Shown here piece by piece: positions 8,672 through 18,969 of a stretch of DNA of 64,000 bases. The notes below the pieces were generated by a model. The model was not told the origin of the DNA. It was given only the letters and a program-made list of their open reading frames with translations, and did not search any database. Source of the stretch: Alphaproteobacteria bacterium (GTDB lineage Bacteria; Pseudomonadota; Alphaproteobacteria; GCA-2731375); assembly GCA_965232515.1 (NCBI GenBank), contig CBDDPY010000002.1:7232001-7296000 (forward strand), written 5' to 3'. Made by a program: the position numbers and the translations under genes. How positions within the stretch are numbered: the stretch's first letter is position 1; each line of letters starts with the position of its first letter.

Positions 8672-10465
8672 CTATTCGGCCACGCGCGGGCGCGCCGGGG
8701 AATCTTCCCAGAGCACCTTCGGCGTTTCGGTCCAGCCACGGGCCTCGCGGATTTCGGCCCGGCGCCTGTCGGTCGCGGCTTCGTCGTAGGTCCAGGTTTC
8801 GGGATCGACGATGACGCCGTAGTCGTCGGCGGCCGCGGCCAAGCTAATCATCTCGTTGCGCACGTCCCGGACCACGGCCTCGGGCGCACGCTCCAGCGGA
8901 TCGCCCCAGCCGCCGGCGCCGGCGACCTCGTGCCGAAACACGTCGCCGCGCTTGATGTTCATGGTCAGCTTGGCGGTCATCAGCCGGTTTTCGTCTTGCG
9001 GATTGAGGTAATTCCAGGACGGCTTGCCCGGCTGTCCGCCATAAAGGCCATAGGGGCGGAAGTCGCGGCGGTCGGACCGCACCTGCAGCACCGCTTCTTC
9101 TTCCAGGAAACGATAGTCGCGGCGATAGGGCGTGCCGCCGCGGAACTTGCCGGCGCCCGCCTTGTCCGGCACGAACTCGTAAGAGAGGATCTCGATCGGG
9201 TGCTCGGCCTCGGTGATTTCGACCGAGGTCGAGGCCATGTTGGCGAACATGTTGGAGTTGCCGTCAAGGCCGTCGGCGAACGGCCTGCCGCCCCAGGTGC
9301 CGCAGGTGAAGTCCACGTAGATGAACGGCGTGCGGTCGGCGTGATAGCCGCCGATCGAGATGCCGGTGTTGCCGCCGTCGGACGCGGCATAGACCTTGTC
9401 CGGCACCATCATGGCCAACGCCCCGAAGCAGCAGTCGACCATGCGGAAGCCGGTGAGGCCGCGCGCCGCGCAGGCGCCGGGCAACACCATGTTGGCGATG
9501 GTGCCGGGCGGCGCCGTCACCTCGATGGCGCGGAACACGCCCTCGTTGTTGGGGATGCCCGGCGGCAGCACTGAGCGGATGGCGCAATAGGTCGCGGCCT
9601 TGGTGAACGACAGCGTGTTGTTGATCGCGCCCTTGACCTGCGGCGCGCTGCCGGTCCAGTCGGCGGTCATGCTGTCGCCCTTCTTGGTCAGCTTGACGAA
9701 CAGCCGGATGGGTTTGCCGAAATCGATGCCGTCGTCGTCGATCCAATCCTCGAAGCTGAACTCGCCGTCGGGCAGGTCGCTGATCGCCGCCCGTGTCAGG
9801 CGCTCGGCATAGTCGATGACCTCCTGCATGTAGTCCTCGACCACCTCGCGGCCGTAGTGCGCCACCAGCTCGAGGAACTGGCGTTCGGCGATGTGGCAGG
9901 CCGCGAGCTGGGCGCGCAGGTCGCCGAAGACCTTGACCGGCACGCGCACGTTCTTCTCGATCAGCGCCCAGAGCGTCTCGTTGCGCTTGCCGGCGTCGTA
10001 CATCTTCAACGGCGGGATGCGCAGGCCTTCCTGATAGATCTCGGTCGAGTCGGATGCGTTCGAGCCGGCGACGCGGCCGCCAACGTCGGTGTGGTGGCAG
10101 ATCGTCGCGGCGAAGGCGATGCGGCGGTCGCCGTCGTAGATCGGCTTGAACACGAAGATGTCGGGCAGGTGCATGCCGCCGTCGAACGGGTCGTTCATAA
10201 TGAAGATATCGCCCGGGACCATGTCGTCGCGGAAGTGTTCCATGGTCGCGGCGAGCGCCGTCGGGATCGAGCCGAGATGGCCCGGCAGCGTCAGGCCCTG
10301 GGCCACCAGCTTGCCGTCGGCGTCGGCGAACGCCGTCGAGAAGTCCATGTTGTCCTTCAGCACGCCGGAATAGGTCGTGCGTGTGATGGTCAGCGCCATC
10401 TCGTCGGCGATCGAGAAGATCGCGTTCTTGAACAGCTCGAATTCGATCGGGTCGCGTTGCGCCAT
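8672..10465 (-). CDS. Hydantoinase/5-oxoprolinase subunit B (HyuB-like)
   Basis: DFSTA, NDPFDGGMHLPD, HHTDVGG, EGLRIPP, GAGKFRGG and GAGGWGDP. Confidence 0.93.
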   Translation of the reverse strand: MAQRDPIEFELFKNAIFSIADEMALTITRTTYSGVLKDNMDFSTAFADADGKLVAQGLTLPGHLGSIPTALAATMEHFRDDMVPGDIFIMNDPFDGGMHLPDIFVFKPIYDGDRRIAFAATICHHTDVGGRVAGSNASDSTEIYQEGLRIPPLKMYDAGKRNETLWALIEKNVRVPVKVFGDLRAQLAACHIAERQFLELVAHYGREVVEDYMQEVIDYAERLTRAAISDLPDGEFSFEDWIDDDGIDFGKPIRLFVKLTKKGDSMTADWTGSAPQVKGAINNTLSFTKAATYCAIRSVLPPGIPNNEGVFRAIEVTAPPGTIANMVLPGACAARGLTGFRMVDCCFGALAMMVPDKVYAASDGGNTGISIGGYHADRTPFIYVDFTCGTWGGRPFADGLDGNSNMFANMASTSVEITEAEHPIEILSYEFVPDKAGAGKFRGGTPYRRDYRFLEEEAVLQVRSDRRDFRPYGLYGGQPGKPSWNYLNPQDENRLMTAKLTMNIKRGDVFRHEVAGAGGWGDPLERAPEAVVRDVRNEMISLAAAADDYGVIVDPETWTYDEAATDRRRAEIREARGWTETPKVLWEDSPARPRVAE

Positions 10466-10529
10466 GAGACTGCCTGTTATATGCCGCGCCGTCGGCGCCG
10501 CTTATTAAACCGCGTTCTAAACGGAATGG

Positions 10530-10545
10530 TGCAAAAACAATGCCA
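10530..10545 (-). promoter_or_regulatory. Sigma54 (-24/-12) promoter candidate for hyuB-hyuA
   Basis: Minus strand reads TGGCATTGTTTTTGCA: GG-N10-GC, matching TGGCAC-N5-TTGCW at all but one position, 65 nt upstream of the ATG at 10465. Confidence 0.65.
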
Positions 10546-10577
10546 TTGACGGTGCGGCGTTGCCAACCGTTGGCGTG

Positions 10578-11657
10578 TCAGGCGGTCTGCGGTGTCGACA
10601 TGGCTGGCATGCGGATGCGGGCCTCCGAGGCCGCGTCGAAGAAGAAGGCGTGCCCGGTATCGAAGGCGACGCCGACTGGTGTGCCGATAGCCTGCTCGTA
10701 GTTCTTGTCCATCTTCACGACGACGAACTGCTCGCCGATGCGGCAGGTGACCAGCGTGTGGTCGCCGGTCAGTTCCGTCGCGTAGATCTCGGCGTCGATC
10801 TGACCCTGACCCGGCGCGACCGTCCGGCAGTCCTCGGGCCGGACGCCCATCACGGCGGCGCCGGGACTGACGCTCGCTGGCGTGTTGACGCTGAAGCCGG
10901 CGCCGGCGAACTCGCCGTTCTGCATGGCGCCGTTGAGGAAATTCATCGGCGGTGAGCCGACGAAGCCGGCGACGAACAGGTTTTCCGGATCGTTGTAGAT
11001 CTCGCGCGGCGTGCCGAGCTGCTGGATGCGGCCCTGGTTCAGGATGGCGACGCGGTGGGCGAGCGTCATCGCCTCGATCTGGTCGTGGGTCACGTAGACC
11101 GTGGTGACGCCGAGTTCGTGCTGCATGTGCTTCAACTCCGAGCGCATATGCACGCGCAGCTTGGCGTCCAGGTTCGACAGCGGCTCGTCCATCAGAAAGG
11201 CGGCCGGCCGGCGCACCATGGCCCGGGCCAGCGCCACGCGCTGACGCTGACCGCCCGAGAGCTGCCGGGGGTAGCGGTCGAGCAGCTCGTCGAGCTGCAC
11301 CTGCCGCGCCACCTCGCGCACGGCCTGGTCGCGCTCGGCCGCCGGCGTTTTGCGCAGCACCAGCGGGTAGGCGATGTTCTGTTCGACCGTCTTGTGCGGA
11401 TAGAGCGCGTAGCTCTGAAACACCATCGCGACATCGCGGTATTTCGGCAGCACGTCGGTGACGTCGCGCTCGCCGATGAAGATGCGGCCATCGGTCGCCG
11501 CCTCCAGGCCGGCGATCATGCGCAGGGCCGTCGTCTTGCCGCAGCCGGACGGACCCAGCAGAACCAGGAACTCGCCATGCTCGACAGTCATGCTGAGCTC
11601 GTGCAGCACCTGGACGGCGCCAAAGGACTTCGAGAGCCGGTCGAGCCTGATCTGCAT
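10578..11657 (-). CDS. CUT1 (MalK-like) ABC transporter ATP-binding protein
   Basis: GPSGCGKTT, VFQSYALYPH, LSGGQRQRVA, DEPLSNLDAKLR and VYVTHDQ. Confidence 0.95.
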   Translation of the reverse strand: MQIRLDRLSKSFGAVQVLHELSMTVEHGEFLVLLGPSGCGKTTALRMIAGLEAATDGRIFIGERDVTDVLPKYRDVAMVFQSYALYPHKTVEQNIAYPLVLRKTPAAERDQAVREVARQVQLDELLDRYPRQLSGGQRQRVALARAMVRRPAAFLMDEPLSNLDAKLRVHMRSELKHMQHELGVTTVYVTHDQIEAMTLAHRVAILNQGRIQQLGTPREIYNDPENLFVAGFVGSPPMNFLNGAMQNGEFAGAGFSVNTPASVSPGAAVMGVRPEDCRTVAPGQGQIDAEIYATELTGDHTLVTCRIGEQFVVVKMDKNYEQAIGTPVGVAFDTGHAFFFDAASEARIRMPAMSTPQTA

Positions 11658-11664
11658 GGCGCGT

Positions 11665-12723
11665 TCAGCCCTTCACCGCGCCGATCAGCAGGCCGCGGGC
11701 GATGAACTTCTGCAGCGCCATGGCGACCGCGATGACGGGCAGGATCATGATCACGATCAGCACCGACATGTACCACCATTGCGGCCCGCGCGTGGCGTTC
11801 TGCGCCGAGACCAGGAGCGGCATGGTCTGCGCGTCGACGGTCGAGAGAAACAGCGCCAGCAGGTATTCGTTCCAGGCCAGCACCAGCACCAGCAGCGACG
11901 TCGCGGCCAGGCCAGGCTTCGCCAGCGGCAGCACGACATCGAAGAAGATCCGGTAGCGCGACGCGCCGTCGATCTGCGCGCTCTCCTCGAGGTCGGTCGG
12001 GATCGAGGCGAAGAAGTCGTACATCAGCCAGACGACGATCGGCAGGTTCACGGTCATATAGGTCAGGATCAGCGCCAGGTGCGTATCCAGCAGGCCGAGC
12101 TGCTGGAACATCACGTAGATCGGGATCGCGGCCACGACCGGCGGCAGGATGCGCTGCGAGATGATCCAGAACAGGATATCGCCGTTGCCGACGCTACGCT
12201 TGAAGCGGCTGGTGAGCGCCCGGACCAGGAACACGAAAACGGCGACGCCGGTCACGGCGGCCAGCTGCCAGGGCACGCCGAAGGCGATGACCGCGACGAC
12301 AACGGCGGCGAGCGCGACGATGAACAGCCCGACCGTGCCGAGCTTCGGCCGGTAGTCGATGCGGGCCAGCGCGTAGGCCGCCATGCTGCCGACCACGACG
12401 GCCAGCGCCGTGCTGGCGCCGGCGATGATCACCGAGTTCAGGTAGGGGCGGAAGGTATCGCGTCCGATCTCGACGAAGATGTAATGCCAGGCGTGCGGCG
12501 ACGGCGCGAAGTCGACGAACGGCAGGTAGTTTGGTCCGTCGGCCACATGTATCGGCAGCTTCAGCGAGGTCACCAGCAGCCAGTAGAACGGGAACAGCAC
12601 CACGAAGGTCCAGAACAGCAGGCCGGCATAGATCAGCACGCGTGTGGCCAACGCCTGCTGGCCGAGGCGCTTCGGCTCGAACAGGCGCGACATCAGGGAT
12701 TGCTGAGGCACAAAGCCGGTCAT
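11665..12723 (-). CDS. Carbohydrate ABC permease (MalG-like)
   Basis: EESAQIDGAS EAA loop, AWNEYL and multiple TM segments. Confidence 0.9.
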   Translation of the reverse strand: MTGFVPQQSLMSRLFEPKRLGQQALATRVLIYAGLLFWTFVVLFPFYWLLVTSLKLPIHVADGPNYLPFVDFAPSPHAWHYIFVEIGRDTFRPYLNSVIIAGASTALAVVVGSMAAYALARIDYRPKLGTVGLFIVALAAVVVAVIAFGVPWQLAAVTGVAVFVFLVRALTSRFKRSVGNGDILFWIISQRILPPVVAAIPIYVMFQQLGLLDTHLALILTYMTVNLPIVVWLMYDFFASIPTDLEESAQIDGASRYRIFFDVVLPLAKPGLAATSLLVLVLAWNEYLLALFLSTVDAQTMPLLVSAQNATRGPQWWYMSVLIVIMILPVIAVAMALQKFIARGLLIGAVKG

Positions 12724-13826
12724 CGCCCGCGCTCTCGGTATCTGAGGACGACCAGATTGAAGAACGACACGCAGAGGATGACCGCCATGAACAGCAGCAT
12801 GTAGGAGACGGCGGCCGAGCCGCCGAGATTAAGCGTGCGCCAGGCGATGAAGGCGTGCAGCGTCATCGACTCCGTGGCGATGCCGGGCCCGCCGTTCGTC
12901 AGCACGTTGGGCAGGTCGATGATCTTGAACGCTTCGATCACCCGGATCAGCATCACCGTCGCCGCCACCGGCGCGATCGACGGCCAGGTCACGTCGCGGA
13001 AGACCCGCCAGGGGCCGGCGCCGTCCAGTTCCGCCGCCTCGACCTGGTCGCGGGGCTGGTTCTCGACCGCCGCCAGCATGACGATGAAAATGAAGGGGAT
13101 CCACTGCCAGGAATCGCCGATCACGACGACGAGCCGCGCCGACCAGGCATCCGCCGCCCAGGCGAAATCGCCGAGGCCGAAAGCGGCCCAGACCGGCGCG
13201 AACGGCCCTTTGGTCATGTCGGCCAGCATGCGGAAGGTGTAGGCGATGCCGACCGGCGTCACCATCAGCGGCAGGAAGAACACGACCCGGAAGAACGTCC
13301 GGCCAACGACGGGCTGGGCGCACAACAGCGCTAGCCCGAGGCCGATCAGGAACTGCGTCGCGCAGCCGGCGATGACGTAGAACAGCGTCACCATGAGCGA
13401 GCCAAGCGCGCCGCCGGGGGCAAGCGTGACGCTGGCCAAGGTCACCAAGGCGAATGCCAGCGCCATGAAGATCAGCCGGCCGATCAGGCCGACGGCGCTG
13501 GCGCCGCCGCGCCGCAGATAGCGCCAGAGCCAGTAGCCGAAGGCGAGCAATAGACCGCCGAGCAATAGCCAGTGCGGGACCCCCATGGCGGCGAACTTGC
13601 CGAGGAAGTGATACTGCTCGCTGCCGAACAGCAGCTTCTCGTAGTTGCGGAAGCCGATGTAGCGCAGCTCGAAACCGCCGCGCACGAACTTGAAGCGGCT
13701 GAGCGACAGATAGGCCGAGACCAGCAACGGAAAGATCGAGAAGGTCAGGATGATCAGGACCGTGGGCATGAGGAACACCCAGCGGGCCTGCCGGTCGAGC
13801 CATTCCGATCTGGTGCCGTTTGTCAT
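12720..13826 (-). CDS. Carbohydrate ABC permease (MalF-like)
   Basis: GFRNY, DSWQWIPF, EAAELDGA and TNGGPG. Confidence 0.9.
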   Translation of the reverse strand: MTNGTRSEWLDRQARWVFLMPTVLIILTFSIFPLLVSAYLSLSRFKFVRGGFELRYIGFRNYEKLLFGSEQYHFLGKFAAMGVPHWLLLGGLLLAFGYWLWRYLRRGGASAVGLIGRLIFMALAFALVTLASVTLAPGGALGSLMVTLFYVIAGCATQFLIGLGLALLCAQPVVGRTFFRVVFFLPLMVTPVGIAYTFRMLADMTKGPFAPVWAAFGLGDFAWAADAWSARLVVVIGDSWQWIPFIFIVMLAAVENQPRDQVEAAELDGAGPWRVFRDVTWPSIAPVAATVMLIRVIEAFKIIDLPNVLTNGGPGIATESMTLHAFIAWRTLNLGGSAAVSYMLLFMAVILCVSFFNLVVLRYRERGR

Positions 13827-13843
13827 GGCGCGGGGAAGGCGGC

Positions 13844-13871
13844 CGCGCCGGGGCCGATCGGCGCCGGCGCG
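13844..13871 (-). terminator. GC-rich hairpin between the binding-protein gene and the permease gene
   Basis: CGCGCCGG-g-GCCGATCGGC-g-CCGGCGCG inverted repeat, in the usual post-SBP position. Confidence 0.35.
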
Positions 13872-13895
13872 ATGCCGCTATTCATCGCGTTACCG

Positions 13896-15380
13896 TTACT
13901 GACCGAGCGTTGCCTTATAGGCCGCGAGCTGATCCTCGAGCCCCAGCTCGTCGTTCAGCTCGCTCCAGCCTTCCTCGATGGTCTGCATGGCCTCGGCGAT
14001 CGACAGCTCGCCCGCCAGCAGGCGCGCGATGGCCGTGTCCAGAACCACCTGCTGATAGCGCTGGTTCTGCGGGATGCGCAGATCCAGCATCATGTTCGGG
14101 CTGGCGAGGCTGGCGCCGATGGCGCCGAGATAGTTCTCGGCTGCCTTCTGGCTCATGCCGGCCTTGGTCCAGTTCGACAGGCCCTCGAATTGCGACAGCC
14201 GGTAAGGATTGAAGCCGGTCTTGCCGATGGTCACGTCGCTGTTGGACTGGCTCGGCTGGCTCATATACGAGAAGAAGGCGTAGGCCGCGTCCTTGACCTT
14301 GGCGTCGGCCGCGGAGTTGACCCCGCCGGACCAGCCGCCGAAGGCCGCGAACGGCGCCCGGTTGACGCCGTTGACGGCGTGCGGGCAGACCTTGGCGTCG
14401 CAGGCGACGAGCTTGCCGCTCGCCCGGTCCAGCACCTGGCGCGAGCCGGGCAGCATGGTGGCGCCGACCTTGTCGATCACCTTCGAGCTGGCCGGGTCGA
14501 TGGCGAGCGTGCCGATGTCGCCCCAGTCGACGGTCAGCATGCACTGGCCGCTGGTGAACAGGCCGCGGGTGTCGCCCACGTCGAGGTTGATCTCGTCGGG
14601 CGGGCCGAAGGCCGTCGTCTTCACATAGACATCCAGCGCGGCGGCGAAGCCCTCGTTGTTGATGAGCGGCCGCATGTCCGATGTATCGAAGAAGGCGCCC
14701 TGGCCGGTGCCCTGGGCCTGCAGGAAGCCGCCGGCGATCGACAGGATCGCCCAGTAGGCCTGCGCATTGCGTTTTTTCGAGATGCAGGAACCGTAGTCGG
14801 CCTTGCCGTCGCCGTTCATATCCATGCCGTGCGCGGCCTCGGCGAGCGCCAGATAGTCGTCCCAGGTCTCCGGCGGCGCCTTGCCCAGCTTGTCGAGCAC
14901 GTCGGTGCGGTAGTAGACCATCTGAAAATCACCGTCCAAGGTGATCATGTAGGTCCGGCCCTTGTACTGCTGGCTGAACTCGCGGAAGAACGGCGCGATG
15001 TCGTCCACTTTCAGATCGGCGTCGGCGGCGACCCGGTCGGTCAGGTCCTCCAGATAGCCCGGCTCGACATAGTCGACCATCCATTGCGGGGCGAACACCG
15101 CGGCATCGATGCTGTTGGTGCCGGCGGCCCAATCGGTCAGCAGTTTGTTGTAAAGGTCCGAAAACGGCACGGTGACGACGTTGATCTTGGCGCCGGTCAG
15201 CGCCTCGAAGTCCGGCGCGCGGCGCTGAAGCGGCTCGGCGATCTGCGGACCTGTGAAGGTCATCACGTTGACGGTCACGCCGTCAAAGGGCTTGTCCGCC
15301 GCGGCCGTGGAGACGATGCCGGCGACGGCCAGCAGCGATCCCGCCAACATGGCGATCGTTAAACGAATTGGCTTCGACAT
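13896..15380 (-). CDS. CUT1 ABC transporter substrate-binding protein
   Basis: Signal peptide, FEALTGAKINV, YYRTDV and PETWDDY, with a GGGAGG RBS. Confidence 0.9.
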   Translation of the reverse strand: MSKPIRLTIAMLAGSLLAVAGIVSTAAADKPFDGVTVNVMTFTGPQIAEPLQRRAPDFEALTGAKINVVTVPFSDLYNKLLTDWAAGTNSIDAAVFAPQWMVDYVEPGYLEDLTDRVAADADLKVDDIAPFFREFSQQYKGRTYMITLDGDFQMVYYRTDVLDKLGKAPPETWDDYLALAEAAHGMDMNGDGKADYGSCISKKRNAQAYWAILSIAGGFLQAQGTGQGAFFDTSDMRPLINNEGFAAALDVYVKTTAFGPPDEINLDVGDTRGLFTSGQCMLTVDWGDIGTLAIDPASSKVIDKVGATMLPGSRQVLDRASGKLVACDAKVCPHAVNGVNRAPFAAFGGWSGGVNSAADAKVKDAAYAFFSYMSQPSQSNSDVTIGKTGFNPYRLSQFEGLSNWTKAGMSQKAAENYLGAIGASLASPNMMLDLRIPQNQRYQQVVLDTAIARLLAGELSIAEAMQTIEEGWSELNDELGLEDQLAAYKATLGQ

Positions 15381-15491
15381 GTCTTAACCTCCCCTGGATC
15401 AAGTTCTCTTCTTTTCGCCGTGTTTCCAGCGTTGGGCAAAGCGTAGCCGGCTTTCGCGGCCGTGTCTTCGTGGACCTATCTTTTGATTGCG

Positions 15492-16124
15492 CTACTTCGT
15501 GCCGTACATGCGGTCGCCGGCATCCCCCAGGCCGGGCACGATATAGCCGTGATCGTTCAGCCGGTCGTCGATGGCGGCCGTGAAGATCGGCACGTCGGCA
15601 TGCGCCTCTTGGAAGGTCTGCAAACCTTCGGGCGCGGCCAGCAGGCAGACGAACCGCAGATTCTGGGCGCCGTGGTCCTTCAGACGCGAGACGGCGGCGA
15701 CGGCGGAATTGCCGGTCGCCAGCATCGGATCGACGACGATCAGCAGCCGGTCGTCGAGCGCGCCCGGCACCTTGAAATAGTACTCCACCGGTACCAGCGT
15801 CTCGGGGTCGCGATAGAGGCCGACATGGCCGACGCGCGCGTTCGGCACCAAGTCCAGCATGCCATCCAGCAGGCCGATGCCGGCGCGCAGGATGGCGACG
15901 AAACAAAGCTTCTTGCCCTCCAGCACCGGCGCCTTGATCGTCGCCAGCGGCGTCTCGATCTCTTCCTCCGTCATCGGCAGGTTGCGCGTCGCCTCGTAGG
16001 CCAGCAGCAGGCTGGTCTCGCGCAGCAATTGCCGGAACAGCGCCGTCGGCGTGTCGTTGCGTCGCATGGCGGTCAGCTTGTGGCGGATGAGCGGATGGTC
16101 GACCACGGTGATGTTGTCGGGCAC
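15492..16124 (-). CDS. upp: Uracil phosphoribosyltransferase
   Basis: [25 protein letters not shown] (PRPP motif) and [12 protein letters not shown]. Confidence 0.95.
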   Translation of the reverse strand: MPDNITVVDHPLIRHKLTAMRRNDTPTALFRQLLRETSLLLAYEATRNLPMTEEEIETPLATIKAPVLEGKKLCFVAILRAGIGLLDGMLDLVPNARVGHVGLYRDPETLVPVEYYFKVPGALDDRLLIVVDPMLATGNSAVAAVSRLKDHGAQNLRFVCLLAAPEGLQTFQEAHADVPIFTAAIDDRLNDHGYIVPGLGDAGDRMYGTK

Positions 16125-16213
16125 GGCAGGGTCCTTTCGGATCGCTGAGACAATTCAGCGGCATAGACTGCCTGCAAACGTCCGGCGTTGAAAGATGCCG
16201 TGAAAAGCGGCCT

Positions 16214-17455
16214 CTAAAAGACCGTGCCGTCGCTCGATAACGTGATCGGCGGCTCCCCGCCGGCGCGCCGTTCGCGGGCCAGCCGGCGGCCGGCGCTCCA
16301 GGTGCCGCCTTGCAGCACCTTGGGCAGGGGCAGGGCGGTTGTGTCGAGGCCGAGACGGTCGCGCACGGCGTCCGCCACGCGGTCCAGCAGCACGACGGTT
16401 AATGCCCGCCATTCAACGATGATGTCTGAGCCAGCCTCGTGCGGCTCGTTCAGCACAGCGTCGTGCTTTGGCGCCAACAGACCGGTATCCACCATCAGCC
16501 CGCCGTTGCGGTACTCGGCGAGGCCGGTCAGCGCATCGAGGTCGGTGACCGCGATGCCGGCATCTTCGAGCGGCTCGACCAGCGAGTAGGTCAGCCATTG
16601 CGACAGCTTGTGCAGGGGCACCAGGCCGGCGGCCGGGCCGTCGCCGCCGATCTTCGGATGCGGCCAGACGTCGCCCAGATTGACCCCGTCGAGCCGAATG
16701 CGCCCGGGCCAGATCGGCTCCAGGCCCTGCAATACCGCGGCCAGGATCGCGGCCGCCGGCAGGCGACCGTTCTCTGCCTGTCCGGCGAGACGGTCGAACA
16801 GGTTGCCGATGCGCGGCGCCTCGGCGCCGAAGATCTCCGGGCTCCGTTGTAGCGCCGCGCCGAGTCCCTGCATCAACGCCGCCCGGCCCGGCAGGCCGAC
16901 GAGCGGATTGTCATCGCGGACCTGAAAAGCCGTCACGAGCGCCGCTTCGTTGAAGCTCTGGAGCGCCGCCGCGTCCGCCCGCAGCGGTGCGTCTGGCTGG
17001 CTGGAGAAGCCGCCGGCGACAAACAAATCGAAACTGGCGACCGCCAGGCCCTCGGAGCGCTGATAGCTGTTGCCCGTCGCCGCTTCGTTGTAGCGCCAGA
17101 CCGCACCGGCGCCGGCGTCGAGCAGCACGCTGGTGACCGCCAGGTCGATGCGGATACGGGCCAACTCCTCGACGCTCGTGCCGCCAAGGCTCGCCGTCAG
17201 CTGCCGCCAGCGATCGATACCGTCGAGATCGAAGTGCCGCCAACGGCTGTGGTAGGGGATGTCGAGCGTCGGATAGTCGGCCCGGATGACTTCGACCACC
17301 TTGTCCGCGGCGACGCTGAGCCGCGACGCGTCGATGGCGAAGTGATCGAGCGCGCCGGCTTCGGCCAGCGCCAGCATCTCGCCGCAGCGCTGCCGGATCG
17401 CCACCGGCGACCGTAGCCAGGCAACGGCGTCGTTCGGTTTGTTCCCGGTCGTCAC
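16214..17455 (-). CDS. URC4/urg3 family protein (DUF1688)
   Basis: IPYHSRWRHF, SVLLDAGAG, RSEGLAVAS, HKLSQWLTYSL, LAEYRNGG, EWRALTV, LQGGTW and C-terminal SDGTVF. Confidence 0.88.
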   Translation of the reverse strand: MTTGNKPNDAVAWLRSPVAIRQRCGEMLALAEAGALDHFAIDASRLSVAADKVVEVIRADYPTLDIPYHSRWRHFDLDGIDRWRQLTASLGGTSVEELARIRIDLAVTSVLLDAGAGAVWRYNEAATGNSYQRSEGLAVASFDLFVAGGFSSQPDAPLRADAAALQSFNEAALVTAFQVRDDNPLVGLPGRAALMQGLGAALQRSPEIFGAEAPRIGNLFDRLAGQAENGRLPAAAILAAVLQGLEPIWPGRIRLDGVNLGDVWPHPKIGGDGPAAGLVPLHKLSQWLTYSLVEPLEDAGIAVTDLDALTGLAEYRNGGLMVDTGLLAPKHDAVLNEPHEAGSDIIVEWRALTVVLLDRVADAVRDRLGLDTTALPLPKVLQGGTWSAGRRLARERRAGGEPPITLSSDGTVF

Positions 17456-17474
17456 GTGGCCACGATAGGCTGAC

Positions 17475-18740
<1,266 letters not shown>

Positions 18741-18969
18741 GGTCCTGCACCTGAACAACTCGGAAACGGAGTCGGGTAGAATACATCAAGTCGTGCGCCG
18801 AACACCCTGAAATCTGTAGGTGTTCGGGCGCTGCGGCAGCGGCACCTGCCCGGCGCCAGCTTCGCTGTTTTTGGCTAACAAATTATGACTGTCCGCAGGC
18901 ATTGGTTGCCGGCCGCATCCGCCTTACCATCCGGCGGCCGAGTCGGAACCGGAGAGCCAGCAAATCGCA

